In this document: in pieces, positions 9,215 to 18,621 of the stretch | Numbering within the stretch: the stretch's first letter is position 1 | Layout: every line of letters starts with the position of its first letter | Source: a virus | Lineage: Duplodnaviria > Caudoviricetes | DNA: 36,694 nt | Reading direction: 5' to 3' (one strand) | Virus record (IMG/VR): IMGVR_UViG_3300014199_000367 | Coordinates: 1 to 36,694 of that record | The notes under the pieces: model-generated | Databases searched by the model: none | Told to the model about the DNA's origin: nothing | The model's input: only the letters and a program-made list of their open reading frames with translations | Made by a program: the position numbers and the translations under genes

Positions 9215-10657
9215 TTACGGTGCCCAATACAGGCTGTTGTTCGTGTACCGCAGTGCGTAGCCATTCACCGGCGCGGCCCCGGGGGCAAGGTTGAATGCGT
9301 GACCATACAGGTTCGTGATTCCCATCCCACTGCCCACAAATCCATTTTGATTGATCGCGCCGCCGCCGATGCCGTTCACCAGGGTCATCGTCAAGTCGTT
9401 GTTTTGGTACGTCTCGATTATGGTCCCATTTGCGTACACCCCGGCCACATAGTTTGTTTCCACATACTGGCCACCGGCCTGAACTATTGCGCCGCCCATC
9501 AGCTCCCCCCAGTTAATCGGGTTGCCCGGAAAATCGTTGTCCAAAACCACGGCATTGTCGCTGGTAAACAAATTATAGCCGCTCATTTGCCAAGCAGCCC
9601 CGTCCAGCCTCAAATATGAACCGTCCACCCACATATCAATGCCGTTCATATATGGATAATAGTTCCTGACGTACGCCCCATAATTTGCATTATGGCCGGA
9701 ATATATTCCGGCTCCCTGACTTAACCAGCAACTTGTCGGATACCCGTTTGTCCACCAACCCACGAAGTAAGCCCCGGTTGAGTCGCAGTTGAGATAGCTA
9801 TTGCCAATGTTCAAATACCCGGCCCCCAAAATCAACGCCAGGCAATCTTTGATGCCCCACATTTGGCCAACCGCAACGGCTTCCCCAATCGTCGAAATGA
9901 CTTCATTAGGGCCTAGCGGATTATGGGCGTTATATTGCGAAACGTTCAGCGTCGAACCGCCTTCGGGATAGCCGAACACGTCTGCGCCAAACACGCCCAC
10001 CCGTTCTTGATATAATTCACTGCACCAGCCGGAGATAAGCACACATGGAAAGTTGGTTGCCGGTTGCACATAAAAGTCCTTGAACACGAAATTGCAACCT
10101 AATGGATTTGCGCTAAGACTGCCAATCAACAGATTGGTTATCACCGGCACAAGTTGCACCAGTCCAACTGCGGTGCAACCGTATTGCTGCCCGGCATATT
10201 CTGGCAGCGCCGCCATGACTTGCGCCGCCGTGAAGAGATTCGTCGGCCCAACGTAACGCAAACCGGTGGCCCACATGCCCGCGCCCTCAATGATGAAGTT
10301 ATTGGTTAATTGGATTGGCGTTGAGAACGGGTATGTACCCGACAGGAGGGTGACTTTAATTCCTGATGGCTGGTTGGTAAGCAGCGGCGATGCGGCCTGA
10401 ATTTCCGAAAAGCCCGCCGTGGTGGAATTGGAAAAGGTGTACCGTTGCCCGTTGTAATACGCCGTCTTATTCGTCAGCAGCAGCCAGGTGGCATAATTCG
10501 TCACCACCCCCGCCCCCGCCAGCGTTTGCGGCGTCACAAAATGGTACGCGTCCGTGCCCGCCTGCACCTGCGCCTGCGTGGCCGGAGCCGTGTTCACATA
10601 CGCCCGCGCCGAGCACGCCAGCGTCACCCCCAAAAGAATTGCCATGACCGTTTTCAT
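9215..10657 (-). CDS. Tailspike/receptor-binding protein (probable beta-helix) with N-terminal signal-peptide-like sequence
   Basis: ATG 10657 overlaps adaptor stop (TGATG); MKTVMAILLGVTLACSARA leader; ATQAQVQAGTD..VTPQTL fibre motif; LLSGTY...IIEGAGMWATGL pectate-lyase-like start; visibly AT-richer core. Confidence 0.62.
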   Translation of the reverse strand: MKTVMAILLGVTLACSARAYVNTAPATQAQVQAGTDAYHFVTPQTLAGAGVVTNYATWLLLTNKTAYYNGQRYTFSNSTTAGFSEIQAASPLLTNQPSGIKVTLLSGTYPFSTPIQLTNNFIIEGAGMWATGLRYVGPTNLFTAAQVMAALPEYAGQQYGCTAVGLVQLVPVITNLLIGSLSANPLGCNFVFKDFYVQPATNFPCVLISGWCSELYQERVGVFGADVFGYPEGGSTLNVSQYNAHNPLGPNEVISTIGEAVAVGQMWGIKDCLALILGAGYLNIGNSYLNCDSTGAYFVGWWTNGYPTSCWLSQGAGIYSGHNANYGAYVRNYYPYMNGIDMWVDGSYLRLDGAAWQMSGYNLFTSDNAVVLDNDFPGNPINWGELMGGAIVQAGGQYVETNYVAGVYANGTIIETYQNNDLTMTLVNGIGGGAINQNGFVGSGMGITNLYGHAFNLAPGAAPVNGYALRYTNNSLYWAP

Positions 10658-11961
10658 CAATAGTCCTGCCTCCAATCGAACCGTCTCACCTGTTGTTGTT
10701 GCCGTTGCAGCTTGTCGGCTTCCAGTTCCAAAGCCTGCTGCGCCATCGCTTCCCGCGCCGCCGAACCCTGTTGGTCGCCGTTCGCCATGAGATAGTCCGC
10801 CAAGCCCCCTTCAATCAGGTATTGCCGGAAAATGTACGGAATCTGCACCATCGCAAAACTGGCGGGCGTGGTGTCCGGGTTTTGCCCCGGTGTCGTCGCC
10901 GTCGTCACCGTGTAGAAGTTCCCCGGCCCCGCCGCCGACACGTAATACACCTGCGCGCCCGCCAAATAGCTCAAAGCCGCGTTCCACGCGTCACCCAGCA
11001 GAAACGGACGCTGCAACCGGTACAGAATCCACACGTAGCTGAAATTCGTTGACGCGGGCATCCAGCCGTAATTGAACGTGTTCCGCAGTTGCACGAACTG
11101 CGCGCCGTCCTGGTCCAGCACAAAGGGCATCTTCACCAACTTCGTGGTCACTCGCGGGTCCGCGTCCCAGGCCCCCATGATTTCGCCAATGGAATTCGCC
11201 GCCCAGGGCTGGTTAAAAGACACGTTGCGCTCGAACACCGTCAGCAAGCCCCAATTGGCCGGAATCCATTGCTCGTCCGGCGCGCCCGTGTTCACGATGC
11301 GCTGATAGAAATTCAAGTCCTCCATGTTTTGGACCTGCGTGCCAATCACGTACGTGGCCGTGAAGTCCACCGGGTCCGCCGTGTAGCTCGTCCGGCACTG
11401 CGCCCAATACTGCGAATTTTCATTGCCGTCCAGCGTCGGCGGCTGGCTTACCATGCTCGCCGTGGCCGGAGCCGGAGCCGTGCCCGTAATCACCGTGCCC
11501 CACGCGCCCGTCAAGTCGCCGTTGCTGTAAAGCTGGTTTCCATTGTTGTCTTGCAGCACCCAAGTCCCGTTGCTCTGCGCAATGGTGTAGCCGAGATACG
11601 ACACGTAGGCCGTCCCGTTCCATTGGTACACGTCGTTTGCGTCCGGCGCGCCCGCGCCAGCGATTTGCACCGCCGTCACCGTCGTCGCCTGCAACGCTTG
11701 AAAATACTGTTGCGTTTCCGGGTCCAGCACTTCCGCCCCCGCCGGATACGCCGTCTGCCCCGTTTCGTCGTAAGGTGCCCGGAACGTCCGTTGCTCCAAC
11801 GGGCACAGTTCCGGCCAGCGATGGATTTCCCACGCGATTTGCAAGCGCCGGTCATGGAACGCCCGAATCATCTGAAATTCGGGCGTGCTCAGAAATTGTG
11901 CGTTGATGCCCGCCAGTGCCGACGTTACCGCCAGCACTTCACTGTAATTGCAAGTTCGCAT
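10657..11961 (-). CDS. Head-to-tail adaptor (tail tubular A-like) with inserted carbohydrate-binding-like modules
   Basis: Helical N-terminus (RRLQIAWEIHRWPEL) and C-terminus (IPYIFRQYLIEGGLADYL) typical of adaptors; internal YPAGAEV, YVIGTQV and YLAGAQV CBM5/12-like motifs. Confidence 0.62.
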   Translation of the reverse strand: MRTCNYSEVLAVTSALAGINAQFLSTPEFQMIRAFHDRRLQIAWEIHRWPELCPLEQRTFRAPYDETGQTAYPAGAEVLDPETQQYFQALQATTVTAVQIAGAGAPDANDVYQWNGTAYVSYLGYTIAQSNGTWVLQDNNGNQLYSNGDLTGAWGTVITGTAPAPATASMVSQPPTLDGNENSQYWAQCRTSYTADPVDFTATYVIGTQVQNMEDLNFYQRIVNTGAPDEQWIPANWGLLTVFERNVSFNQPWAANSIGEIMGAWDADPRVTTKLVKMPFVLDQDGAQFVQLRNTFNYGWMPASTNFSYVWILYRLQRPFLLGDAWNAALSYLAGAQVYYVSAAGPGNFYTVTTATTPGQNPDTTPASFAMVQIPYIFRQYLIEGGLADYLMANGDQQGSAAREAMAQQALELEADKLQRQQQQVRRFDWRQDY

Positions 11962-12340
11962 CCCAGCCCTTTTCCCTTGTCGTCAATCCCACCGGTTTCC
12001 GGCTTTCCGGCCCCGGCATCCATCCCACCATGATTTCATGCGTGCCCCGGCTGTGTACTGCAATTTCCGGGTTGCGCTTCACCAAGAATTTCATCAAGTC
12101 CGGGTCATGGGTGTAATTCTTGCCGTAGCACTCGCGCCAATACGCGTCGAACACCGGGTCCAGCATGATGGTCCGCTCGCCAAAGCCATCCTTGGCCAGC
12201 GGGCGCTGCACGTAATTCAGAAACGCAATCCGCCGCTGGCGGTTGGCCGCTCGCACCAATTGTTCGTTGTAGTCATGCCGCAATATCTCATCCACCTTCG
12301 TTGCGGTGGCCGCGTCCAGTCTTGAGAAATCCACTTCCAT
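11939..12340 (-). CDS. Hypothetical phage protein in head module
   Basis: 133 aa from ATG 12340 (MEVDFSRL...), co-oriented between decoration and adaptor genes. Confidence 0.7.
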   Translation of the reverse strand: MEVDFSRLDAATATKVDEILRHDYNEQLVRAANRQRRIAFLNYVQRPLAKDGFGERTIMLDPVFDAYWRECYGKNYTHDPDLMKFLVKRNPEIAVHSRGTHEIMVGWMPGPESRKPVGLTTREKGWDANLQLQ

Positions 12341-12381
12341 ATAGCCCTGCCCTGTGCTGCCCTGCCCTGTTTCGGTAAGTG

Positions 12382-12425
12382 GTGGCGGCGGGGGGGAAAA
12401 AAAACACGAAATGCCCCGCCGCCAC
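12382..12425 (-). terminator. GC-rich stem-loop after capsid-associated gene (terminator or mRNA-stabilising hairpin)
   Basis: 12-bp arms GTGGCGGCGGGG / CCCCGCCGCCAC; no canonical U-tract 3' of the stem. Confidence 0.45.
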
Positions 12426-12444
12426 ACTGGTCCTGCACCTAAGT

Positions 12445-12999
12445 TTAGGTTCCGGTCACGAACTGCTGTTCACTCGGGTCACTCAGCGCCAACAGAATGT
12501 CGAATTGGCCAACGCCGTTTGCGCCCAGCAAACTCACGTTCGCGCCGGTCGTGTTGATCGTCGCCGTCAACGCCCCGTTGTTGTTCGTGATGTCGTTGGA
12601 CGAAAACGCGTAGGTAGTGGCGCTCGCCACCACGTCCTTGCTGTTCGTGCCGCCCACGCCGTTCGCCGTCATCAAGTCGGTTTGCGCCGCCGTGACGTAG
12701 CGGGTAGCGTTCGCCTTGTCCCCCACCGTGGCATTGATGGCAGTCACGCCGGTCCCCGAAAACGGGGTTACCAAGCGAGTCGTCACCTTCTCCACCGTGA
12801 AGCCCGCAGGCAACGAATTCAGCGTCGAGTCCGCCATGGGCAGGCCCGTTTGCTGGTTGTACCCGTCCGCACTGCCATCCGGAAAGACGGTGAATGTTTG
12901 GGTGAGTGCCGCCGCCGTGCAATCGGACGCAAAGATACTGACCTTGTGCGTGAAGCCCGTCAGCGCCACCGTTTCAAAAGGAAGAGGAGTAATCTTCAT
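12445..12999 (-). CDS. Putative capsid decoration/minor head protein
   Basis: 184 aa, beta-rich Thr/Ala/Gly composition, directly downstream of the major capsid gene. Confidence 0.55.
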   Translation of the reverse strand: MKITPLPFETVALTGFTHKVSIFASDCTAAALTQTFTVFPDGSADGYNQQTGLPMADSTLNSLPAGFTVEKVTTRLVTPFSGTGVTAINATVGDKANATRYVTAAQTDLMTANGVGGTNSKDVVASATTYAFSSNDITNNNGALTATINTTGANVSLLGANGVGQFDILLALSDPSEQQFVTGT

Positions 13000-13041
13000 G
13001 TTATAAGTCTTTCAATCTTGTTTCAGTTGTCGGTTCAAGTT

Positions 13042-13066
13042 GCCCCGCCCGTTGTGGGGGCGGGGC
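13042..13066 (-). other. Stem-loop immediately 3' of major capsid gene
   Basis: GCCCCGCCC-7nt-GGGCGGGGC; lacks U-tract so probably stabilising or attenuating. Confidence 0.45.
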
Positions 13067-13075
13067 CGTCAATTA

Positions 13076-14104
13076 TCAAACGTCGCTGGGAGCAACCTTC
13101 ATTTCGCCAATCGGGTTCCAGCACAGGAACATCAAAATGGCGTCAATCGCCGCTTTGTAGCTGCCGCCTTTGAATTCCGGCTTGTACACCGTGGGTTTCT
13201 GGTTCCACAGCCACGCCCAGCGCTCGGTGTTCAGGAAGTAACCGCGCCAGTCACCCATGACCGCATCCGTGCCGCCGCCGGCGCCAGCCTGGAATCCGGG
13301 CTGCGCATTCCAGCGGGTCAGGTGCAACTCGATCTTGCCCCAATCGCTGTCGTACACGTCCACCGTGTTGCCCAGGATGGTGGAGTCTTCGCCGCGTGTG
13401 ATAATGCGCGCCGTCGCCTGCGTGTTGGCCGTGGTCGGCACGTAGAACTGGAACATGCCAAACGCCTTCTTCAACTGCGTGCCCACAAAACCCGCCTTCA
13501 TGCCCTTGGTGCCCGTTGCCTTCCAAGCGGATTGCAACGCGGTTTTAATCATGTCTTCCGTCAGTGACGTGCTGGCGGTCGTCACGATCTGTGCCGTGTT
13601 CGGGCGTATAGTCGGGTCAACCACCGTGCCCGCGTCCGTCTGCGCCGTGGACTGAATCCACACGCCGACGCCACGGAACTTGTGACCCGTCTTGCCGTCG
13701 TCCACGTACTCGCCCTGGTCGCCAGCGGCGGAGCATTCGATTTCACGCGCCATTTCCGTCATCTTCTTGGGGATTTCGTGCGCCAGCTCGTCCTGGATGC
13801 CCGCCGTATCAGTCACCTCTTCGGCCAGCTTGGAAACCGCCGCCGTTTTCACGAACCATTGGCAACGCGCCGTAAGCTCGCGCCGGTTCTGGCCCGCGCT
13901 GGTGAACGTGTCCCAATCCTTGCCGTCCGGCCACGCGTTCTGCATGGGAGGCGTGTACGTATCGGCCTGGTAATGCTTCACGATGTTGACGGGTTTCGGC
14001 CCCTTGGGCAGCACCCGGAGCATGGGGGTTTCATGCTCATCGGACAGGGTGATATAATTCGCCCAATCCGTCTTCTTACCCACTACGTTTCGTTCAAGTA
14101 ACAT
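13076..14104 (-). CDS. Major capsid protein (DUF5309/SU10-like, HK97 fold inferred)
   Basis: 342 aa after scaffold; ETPML, Q.F.KT..VS and E...K...E..REIE pattern, YDSDWGKIEL motif. Confidence 0.8.
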   Translation of the reverse strand: MLLERNVVGKKTDWANYITLSDEHETPMLRVLPKGPKPVNIVKHYQADTYTPPMQNAWPDGKDWDTFTSAGQNRRELTARCQWFVKTAAVSKLAEEVTDTAGIQDELAHEIPKKMTEMAREIECSAAGDQGEYVDDGKTGHKFRGVGVWIQSTAQTDAGTVVDPTIRPNTAQIVTTASTSLTEDMIKTALQSAWKATGTKGMKAGFVGTQLKKAFGMFQFYVPTTANTQATARIITRGEDSTILGNTVDVYDSDWGKIELHLTRWNAQPGFQAGAGGGTDAVMGDWRGYFLNTERWAWLWNQKPTVYKPEFKGGSYKAAIDAILMFLCWNPIGEMKVAPSDV

Positions 14105-14153
14105 AACTTTTTCCTATTCTTGAAACCCCTTTTGGCCAGCGGCAGCTTGCCGC

Positions 14154-15296
14154 CTACGCCTCCGCCAAGGCGGCGCGTGCCAATTCCACGGCATTATCAC
14201 GTGAGGGAACTTTCGAGAATGCAGCGCTGGCCGCGTCGCTCGGTTTCGGCTTCATGGCCGTCGCCGTTCGAGTCGCCCGATTCCCAGCCGGGATCTTCGG
14301 GGGCGGTGTCTTGGCCGCAGGCTTTCCGCCCTTGCCATTCGCCGCCGCAAGCTGCTGCTGATACGCCTTGTAACCGAGCATATAGATGCCAATTACGAGG
14401 TCATGATTCGGCAATCGCGTCGGCAGGTCCGGCAACAGCCTCAGCATGGTCGCCTTCACTTGCTGTTCCGGTGCCTTCGGGTCCGCCAGCCACGGGAAAT
14501 CGCGTTGCGCTTGCGCGCCCGCTGCCCGCTCTTCGGTCCGGAAGGTTTGCAACCGCTGCCGCTGTTGCGGCAGTTCGTCGCGCAGGTAAGAGTTGATTTG
14601 GCGGACTTGACGTTTCAGGCCCATGGCGTCCAAACCGTTGGCTTCCATGAAGCGCTCGATTTTGGTCCGCTCTTCCGGCGTCGCTGATTCGTCTAAGTAC
14701 GCTTCCGCATTATCCAGAAACTTCCGCGCCGACCGTTCCGCCGTCGCCAGTTCCTTCTCGTTCGGAATGCCGAACGTGCCGGGTTGGGCCGGGCGGTTTG
14801 GGTCATTTCGCAGTTGTTCCGCTTCGGCTTGCAGCGTTTTTAACGCCGCCTCCGCCGTCTCCGCCCGCCGCGTGGCCGTTTCCTTGTCTGCGGTCAGCCG
14901 TCCGATTCGTTTATTGACCACCCGTTGCAAACTGTCCGGGAGTGCTCCGCCTTTGGCTTCCCACTCATCCAGCGCCGTCTGCATTTCCGGGGACAAATCC
15001 GCACCGTCTTGCTGTTCGCCCTCGCCATCTGCTTTCGCTTCCGGCTGCTCTTCCTGCTGCGGCTGCTCTGCCGCCGCTTCCGCGTTCTCGCCATCCTGGC
15101 TCTCGTGAGTTTCCGTTACGGCTTCCGCGTCCGGTGGAGTTTCTTGACCGGGCTTTTCCGCCGTGTCCTCTTTGGCAAATTCCGAATTCAAAAGGCCGGA
15201 AATGCCATCGGACGTTAAATTGCTCGCCTTCAGTGTGGTTGATTCTCCGGGCTGCCCCACAGCGCCCGACCCCGATTTGTCGTTTTCCGTATTCAT
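14154..15296 (-). CDS. Capsid scaffolding protein
   Basis: 380 aa, acidic low-complexity N-terminus, VNKRIGRLTADK coiled coil, Pro/Lys-rich C-terminus; immediately upstream of capsid gene. Confidence 0.75.
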   Translation of the reverse strand: MNTENDKSGSGAVGQPGESTTLKASNLTSDGISGLLNSEFAKEDTAEKPGQETPPDAEAVTETHESQDGENAEAAAEQPQQEEQPEAKADGEGEQQDGADLSPEMQTALDEWEAKGGALPDSLQRVVNKRIGRLTADKETATRRAETAEAALKTLQAEAEQLRNDPNRPAQPGTFGIPNEKELATAERSARKFLDNAEAYLDESATPEERTKIERFMEANGLDAMGLKRQVRQINSYLRDELPQQRQRLQTFRTEERAAGAQAQRDFPWLADPKAPEQQVKATMLRLLPDLPTRLPNHDLVIGIYMLGYKAYQQQLAAANGKGGKPAAKTPPPKIPAGNRATRTATAMKPKPSDAASAAFSKVPSRDNAVELARAALAEA

Positions 15297-15380
15297 GCTC
15301 TTCGCAAGTTGTCAGTCGCTTCTACTGGCCCGACCGTGAGCCAGCGCCATCAAGTCACAAACGTGGAAGCCATGGAAGAG

Positions 15381-15430
15381 CCTGCCCGTAGGGTTGGGAC
15401 AGTTTTGCGGGAGTTAGGACACTTTTGCCG
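15381..15430 (-). promoter_or_regulatory. Conserved 50-bp element, copy 1 (upstream of scaffold/capsid); candidate late promoter or activator site
   Basis: 44/50 identical to 18572-18621; contains two 20-bp-spaced GRGTTRGGACA direct repeats. Confidence 0.7.
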
Positions 15431-15536
15431 CCGTCGCCGTTACCAAAATGGGACTTGCATTCTTCGGTGAGACGCTTTTTAATAAACCAGTCGCGTGATT
15501 ATACGCACAGTCAGATGTCGTTCGCTTTTTAATTTT

Positions 15537-15923
15537 ATGGGACTCCTCGAATATCTCGACAAGCTCGTTACAGAGCATGGCTCTGCCGCTGTTCTGGACA
15601 AACATCTAGCTTTCGTCCGCGAGCAGGCCGGGGTGCTCACGAGACAGGTGGAAGCACTTCAGCGAGAAAATACCACACTGAATGAGCGACTTCGCCAGTG
15701 TAACGAACAGCTTGCTTCCAAGACGGCAGCCGATGATTTTGTCGAGCACCGGGGCGCATTGTTCAAGCGGAAGCCAGGCGGCGGTTATCACCAGGCAGTA
15801 TATTGTCCAGTGTGCCGAACTCCCGCTGGGTCGCATCATACATTGCCCTACGATTGTCGTTGTGGTTGGAGTGCGGATTTTTCCAAATTCGATTTGGATC
15901 GCATTTTGACAGAGCTACGATGA
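15537..15923 (+). CDS. Accessory (moron) protein: coiled coil plus C-terminal Zn-ribbon
   Basis: 128 aa from ATG 15537; CPVC...CRC motifs; opposite strand to the structural operon, AT-richer. Confidence 0.7.
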   Translation: MGLLEYLDKLVTEHGSAAVLDKHLAFVREQAGVLTRQVEALQRENTTLNERLRQCNEQLASKTAADDFVEHRGALFKRKPGGGYHQAVYCPVCRTPAGSHHTLPYDCRCGWSADFSKFDLDRILTELR

Positions 15924-16011
15924 CCCTACTCACTAAAGGGCGGAAACTGCCAAATGATCGGAACTAACAAGAGGCGGCAGCCAAATCGCGGTTCAGCCAT
16001 TAGGCCATAAA

Positions 16012-16317
16012 TTACTCGCTCTCTCTGAAGTTCTTCGCTCGCTGTTCTGCCGTTGCCTGCAACGACCGCAGCGCCTGCGCGAAATCGTATGCGGCTGCTG
16101 ATCGCCCGGCGTTGAATTGGCGTTGCTCGTTCGTCAAATTCGGTGCCAGCGCCGTTTCGTGCTCGTTCATGGCGTGCTCATCCGCGTAGCTCAGGACGGC
16201 TTTCCAAATCGGATGTTCTGCCGCGCCCGCCAGCGCCAGCACCCTTTCCGTTTCCTGCCGGTGTTTTTCCTCCGGCGTCACCACTAGGGGCCGCTTGAAT
16301 AGTTGGGATAATTTCAT
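16012..16317 (-). CDS. Small phage protein following portal
   Basis: 101 aa, ATG overlaps portal stop (ATGA); position typical of podoviral post-portal genes. Confidence 0.75.
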   Translation of the reverse strand: MKLSQLFKRPLVVTPEEKHRQETERVLALAGAAEHPIWKAVLSYADEHAMNEHETALAPNLTNEQRQFNAGRSAAAYDFAQALRSLQATAEQRAKNFRESE

Positions 16318-18530
16318 TGTTGTGCCATCGGCTTCACGCCGATTTTGCCAATCGTCTTGTTCTGTTGCTGTTCAACGCTCATCTGCAAATTCTTCGCGTA
16401 CAGTTCCAGCAATTCCTTGAACCGTTTGTCATTCTTGGCCAACTGCGCCACGTTCGGATTGCTCTGGATTAGCTGTTGCAGGAATTGCTGCTTCGGACCC
16501 GCTGCCGGATCGTTCTCGGTATAATTGGCCTCAAAGCCCAGCATCATGTTGCCTAGGTTCTTCTGTACTTCCTCGAACATCTTTTGGCTGGCGCTCCGCT
16601 TGTCCTGCACCAATTGCTGCGCAAGCTGCGGGTCCACCGCGCGCGCCTCGTACGCCGTCAGCGCGCCACGATCAATTGCCCCCGTCACGTCCGCCGGGAT
16701 GATCTTGGTGTTGAACGTGTCCAGCTTCTGAAGCAGGTAATCCGGGTTCAAGTCCTTCACGTCGAATTCCAGTCCGATGGCCAGCGAGTCCGCCACCAAG
16801 AACGGGTCCAGATTCGCCAATGCCTGGTTCCCGGTTACGCGCACGATCTCCTCCGGGTTGTATTGCAATTCCAGCGCAAACACCATCGTCAGCACCGCCC
16901 CCCAAAACGTGTAATAGTCGTCCGCCGCCTTTTCCTGCTTCACGGAAATCTTGGCCGGATGCACCTGCTCGTTGAACTGCCCGAAGTAATCATCCTTCAT
17001 CAACTGAATCATCTGCACCAGTTCCACCGACAATTGCGGACTCGGGGCATTCAGGTTGATTGCTGAAATTTCCTGGCTTTTGCCCAGCGGCACCTGCGCG
17101 CCGGGGCCAAGCTTGTAATCCACGCCGCCCAGTTTCGGCACGGCCACGGCGGGCAGCGTGTCCCACTGTGCCCGATTGTAGAGCATGTCCCGCTGCTGCT
17201 TCACTTCGTTCTGCCACGTGCTCGCAATCTCCGGCACGCTTCGCACATCCGTCAGCGCCCGGCCAATGTTCTCCCGCTTGAACTCCACGAACGGATATTG
17301 CCCGTGCGCGTAGTCAATAAGCTGATGGCTGGCGCAAAAGTCATGGACATCCGTGGCTGGCTCATGCGTCACGTGCGGGCTGAAAATCGTTTCGTAAACG
17401 CCCGTCACGCCGTCCTCGTCCACCTTCTTGACGTAGCCGTACACCACTTCAATCAATGGGTTGTTCTCTTCGGTCACCTTCAGGTACGTCGTATTCCCCA
17501 CCGTCTTCGTGGACGGCCCGGTCAAGCTCGTCGCTCCCAGCGCACCGGCCCACGAAGAGATGTTGCCCTTGGTTTTCTTGACTGCTTCAATCCATTCCTC
17601 GTCCCAGCCGTCCGCCTTCTTGGATTCCAACTCCGCTTCCGTCATCCAGCGCCGCCAGAAAATGGCCCGCGCCTCTTGCAGCTTCATTGTGCCCCGTGCC
17701 GCCAAGATTTCCTGATACGGCTTGCCCACCCAAACCAGCGGGTCATTTTTCACCACGTACGGCACCGGCACATTCGTCTCGCCGTTCTCCCGCAACTCTT
17801 TGATGCAGCGCCGTGCCACGCTGGTCGCCAGCGTCAACAGCCTGTCATCCTGCATCTCTTGGTCATAGAAGCCCCGGCCCTGCATGTTCTGCACCGCCAC
17901 GGTCTGGTAAATCTCCTGGATAGCCGCGATGCTCGCCTCGTCTTGCGTGGGGTCCATGATCGAAGTCAGCAATTGCGCCACGTCCGGCGATTGCTGCGCC
18001 ATCTGCTGAAGCTGTTCTACGGAGAGCGGCATGCGCCGCTTGCCCAACTCCCGTTCCCAACCTACGTACGCGATGGCAAAGCCATACTCGCGGGAATACT
18101 GCGCCGCCAATTCTGCCTCCAGCCGCCACTCTTCCCGGAACTTCGTATGCACCAGCCAATGCAAGTAATCCGAAATGCCCGCCACCATCGGCACGTTCCG
18201 CCAGTTTACCGTCGTGGCCCGCAGTTCCGCCTTGCGGAAAGCCGCCGTCAGGATGGCGGTATCGTCATTCACCACCGCGTCCACCAGCGGCACCCGCGTA
18301 TCGCTGCAACCATTCCACGGGAGCGCCGGTTGGCCTTCCGGCATGTTCTCGTCCCACTTCCGCCCGTCCGGGGATTGCCCGGCCCACAACATGCGCCGTG
18401 TTTCCTCGTTGAACGCCACGTCGTAAAAGCCGTTGGGCATCACGCCCGCCTGCTTGAACTCCGTCAGCAGAATGTCCACGTGCACCCCCGGCGACGTTAC
18501 CAGAATTTCCGAATCGTCCCTTACACTCAT
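16314..18530 (-). CDS. Portal (head-tail connector) protein, P22-like
   Basis: 738 aa between TerL and scaffold; PWNGCSDTRVPLVD, HGQYPFVEF and Gln-rich C-terminus. Confidence 0.85.
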   Translation of the reverse strand: MSVRDDSEILVTSPGVHVDILLTEFKQAGVMPNGFYDVAFNEETRRMLWAGQSPDGRKWDENMPEGQPALPWNGCSDTRVPLVDAVVNDDTAILTAAFRKAELRATTVNWRNVPMVAGISDYLHWLVHTKFREEWRLEAELAAQYSREYGFAIAYVGWERELGKRRMPLSVEQLQQMAQQSPDVAQLLTSIMDPTQDEASIAAIQEIYQTVAVQNMQGRGFYDQEMQDDRLLTLATSVARRCIKELRENGETNVPVPYVVKNDPLVWVGKPYQEILAARGTMKLQEARAIFWRRWMTEAELESKKADGWDEEWIEAVKKTKGNISSWAGALGATSLTGPSTKTVGNTTYLKVTEENNPLIEVVYGYVKKVDEDGVTGVYETIFSPHVTHEPATDVHDFCASHQLIDYAHGQYPFVEFKRENIGRALTDVRSVPEIASTWQNEVKQQRDMLYNRAQWDTLPAVAVPKLGGVDYKLGPGAQVPLGKSQEISAINLNAPSPQLSVELVQMIQLMKDDYFGQFNEQVHPAKISVKQEKAADDYYTFWGAVLTMVFALELQYNPEEIVRVTGNQALANLDPFLVADSLAIGLEFDVKDLNPDYLLQKLDTFNTKIIPADVTGAIDRGALTAYEARAVDPQLAQQLVQDKRSASQKMFEEVQKNLGNMMLGFEANYTENDPAAGPKQQFLQQLIQSNPNVAQLAKNDKRFKELLELYAKNLQMSVEQQQNKTIGKIGVKPMAQQ

Positions 18531-18571
18531 TACCCCATCACCCGACTTGATTTCCTGCGTCAGGACAACCC

Positions 18572-18621
18572 CCTGCCCGTGGAGTTAGGACAGTTCTGCG
18601 GGAGTTAGGACAGATTTGCCG
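18572..18621 (-). promoter_or_regulatory. Conserved 50-bp element, copy 2 (upstream of portal); candidate late promoter or activator site
   Basis: CCTGCCCGTGGAGTTAGGACAGTTCTGCGGGAGTTAGGACAGATTTGCCG; perfect 13-bp direct repeat GGAGTTAGGACAG at 20-bp spacing. Confidence 0.72.

Noticed and set aside
15381-18621. CRISPR or mini-array from the GGAGTTAGGACA repeats
   Set aside because: Only two short units per locus with ~7-9-nt spacing, no unique spacers and no cas genes
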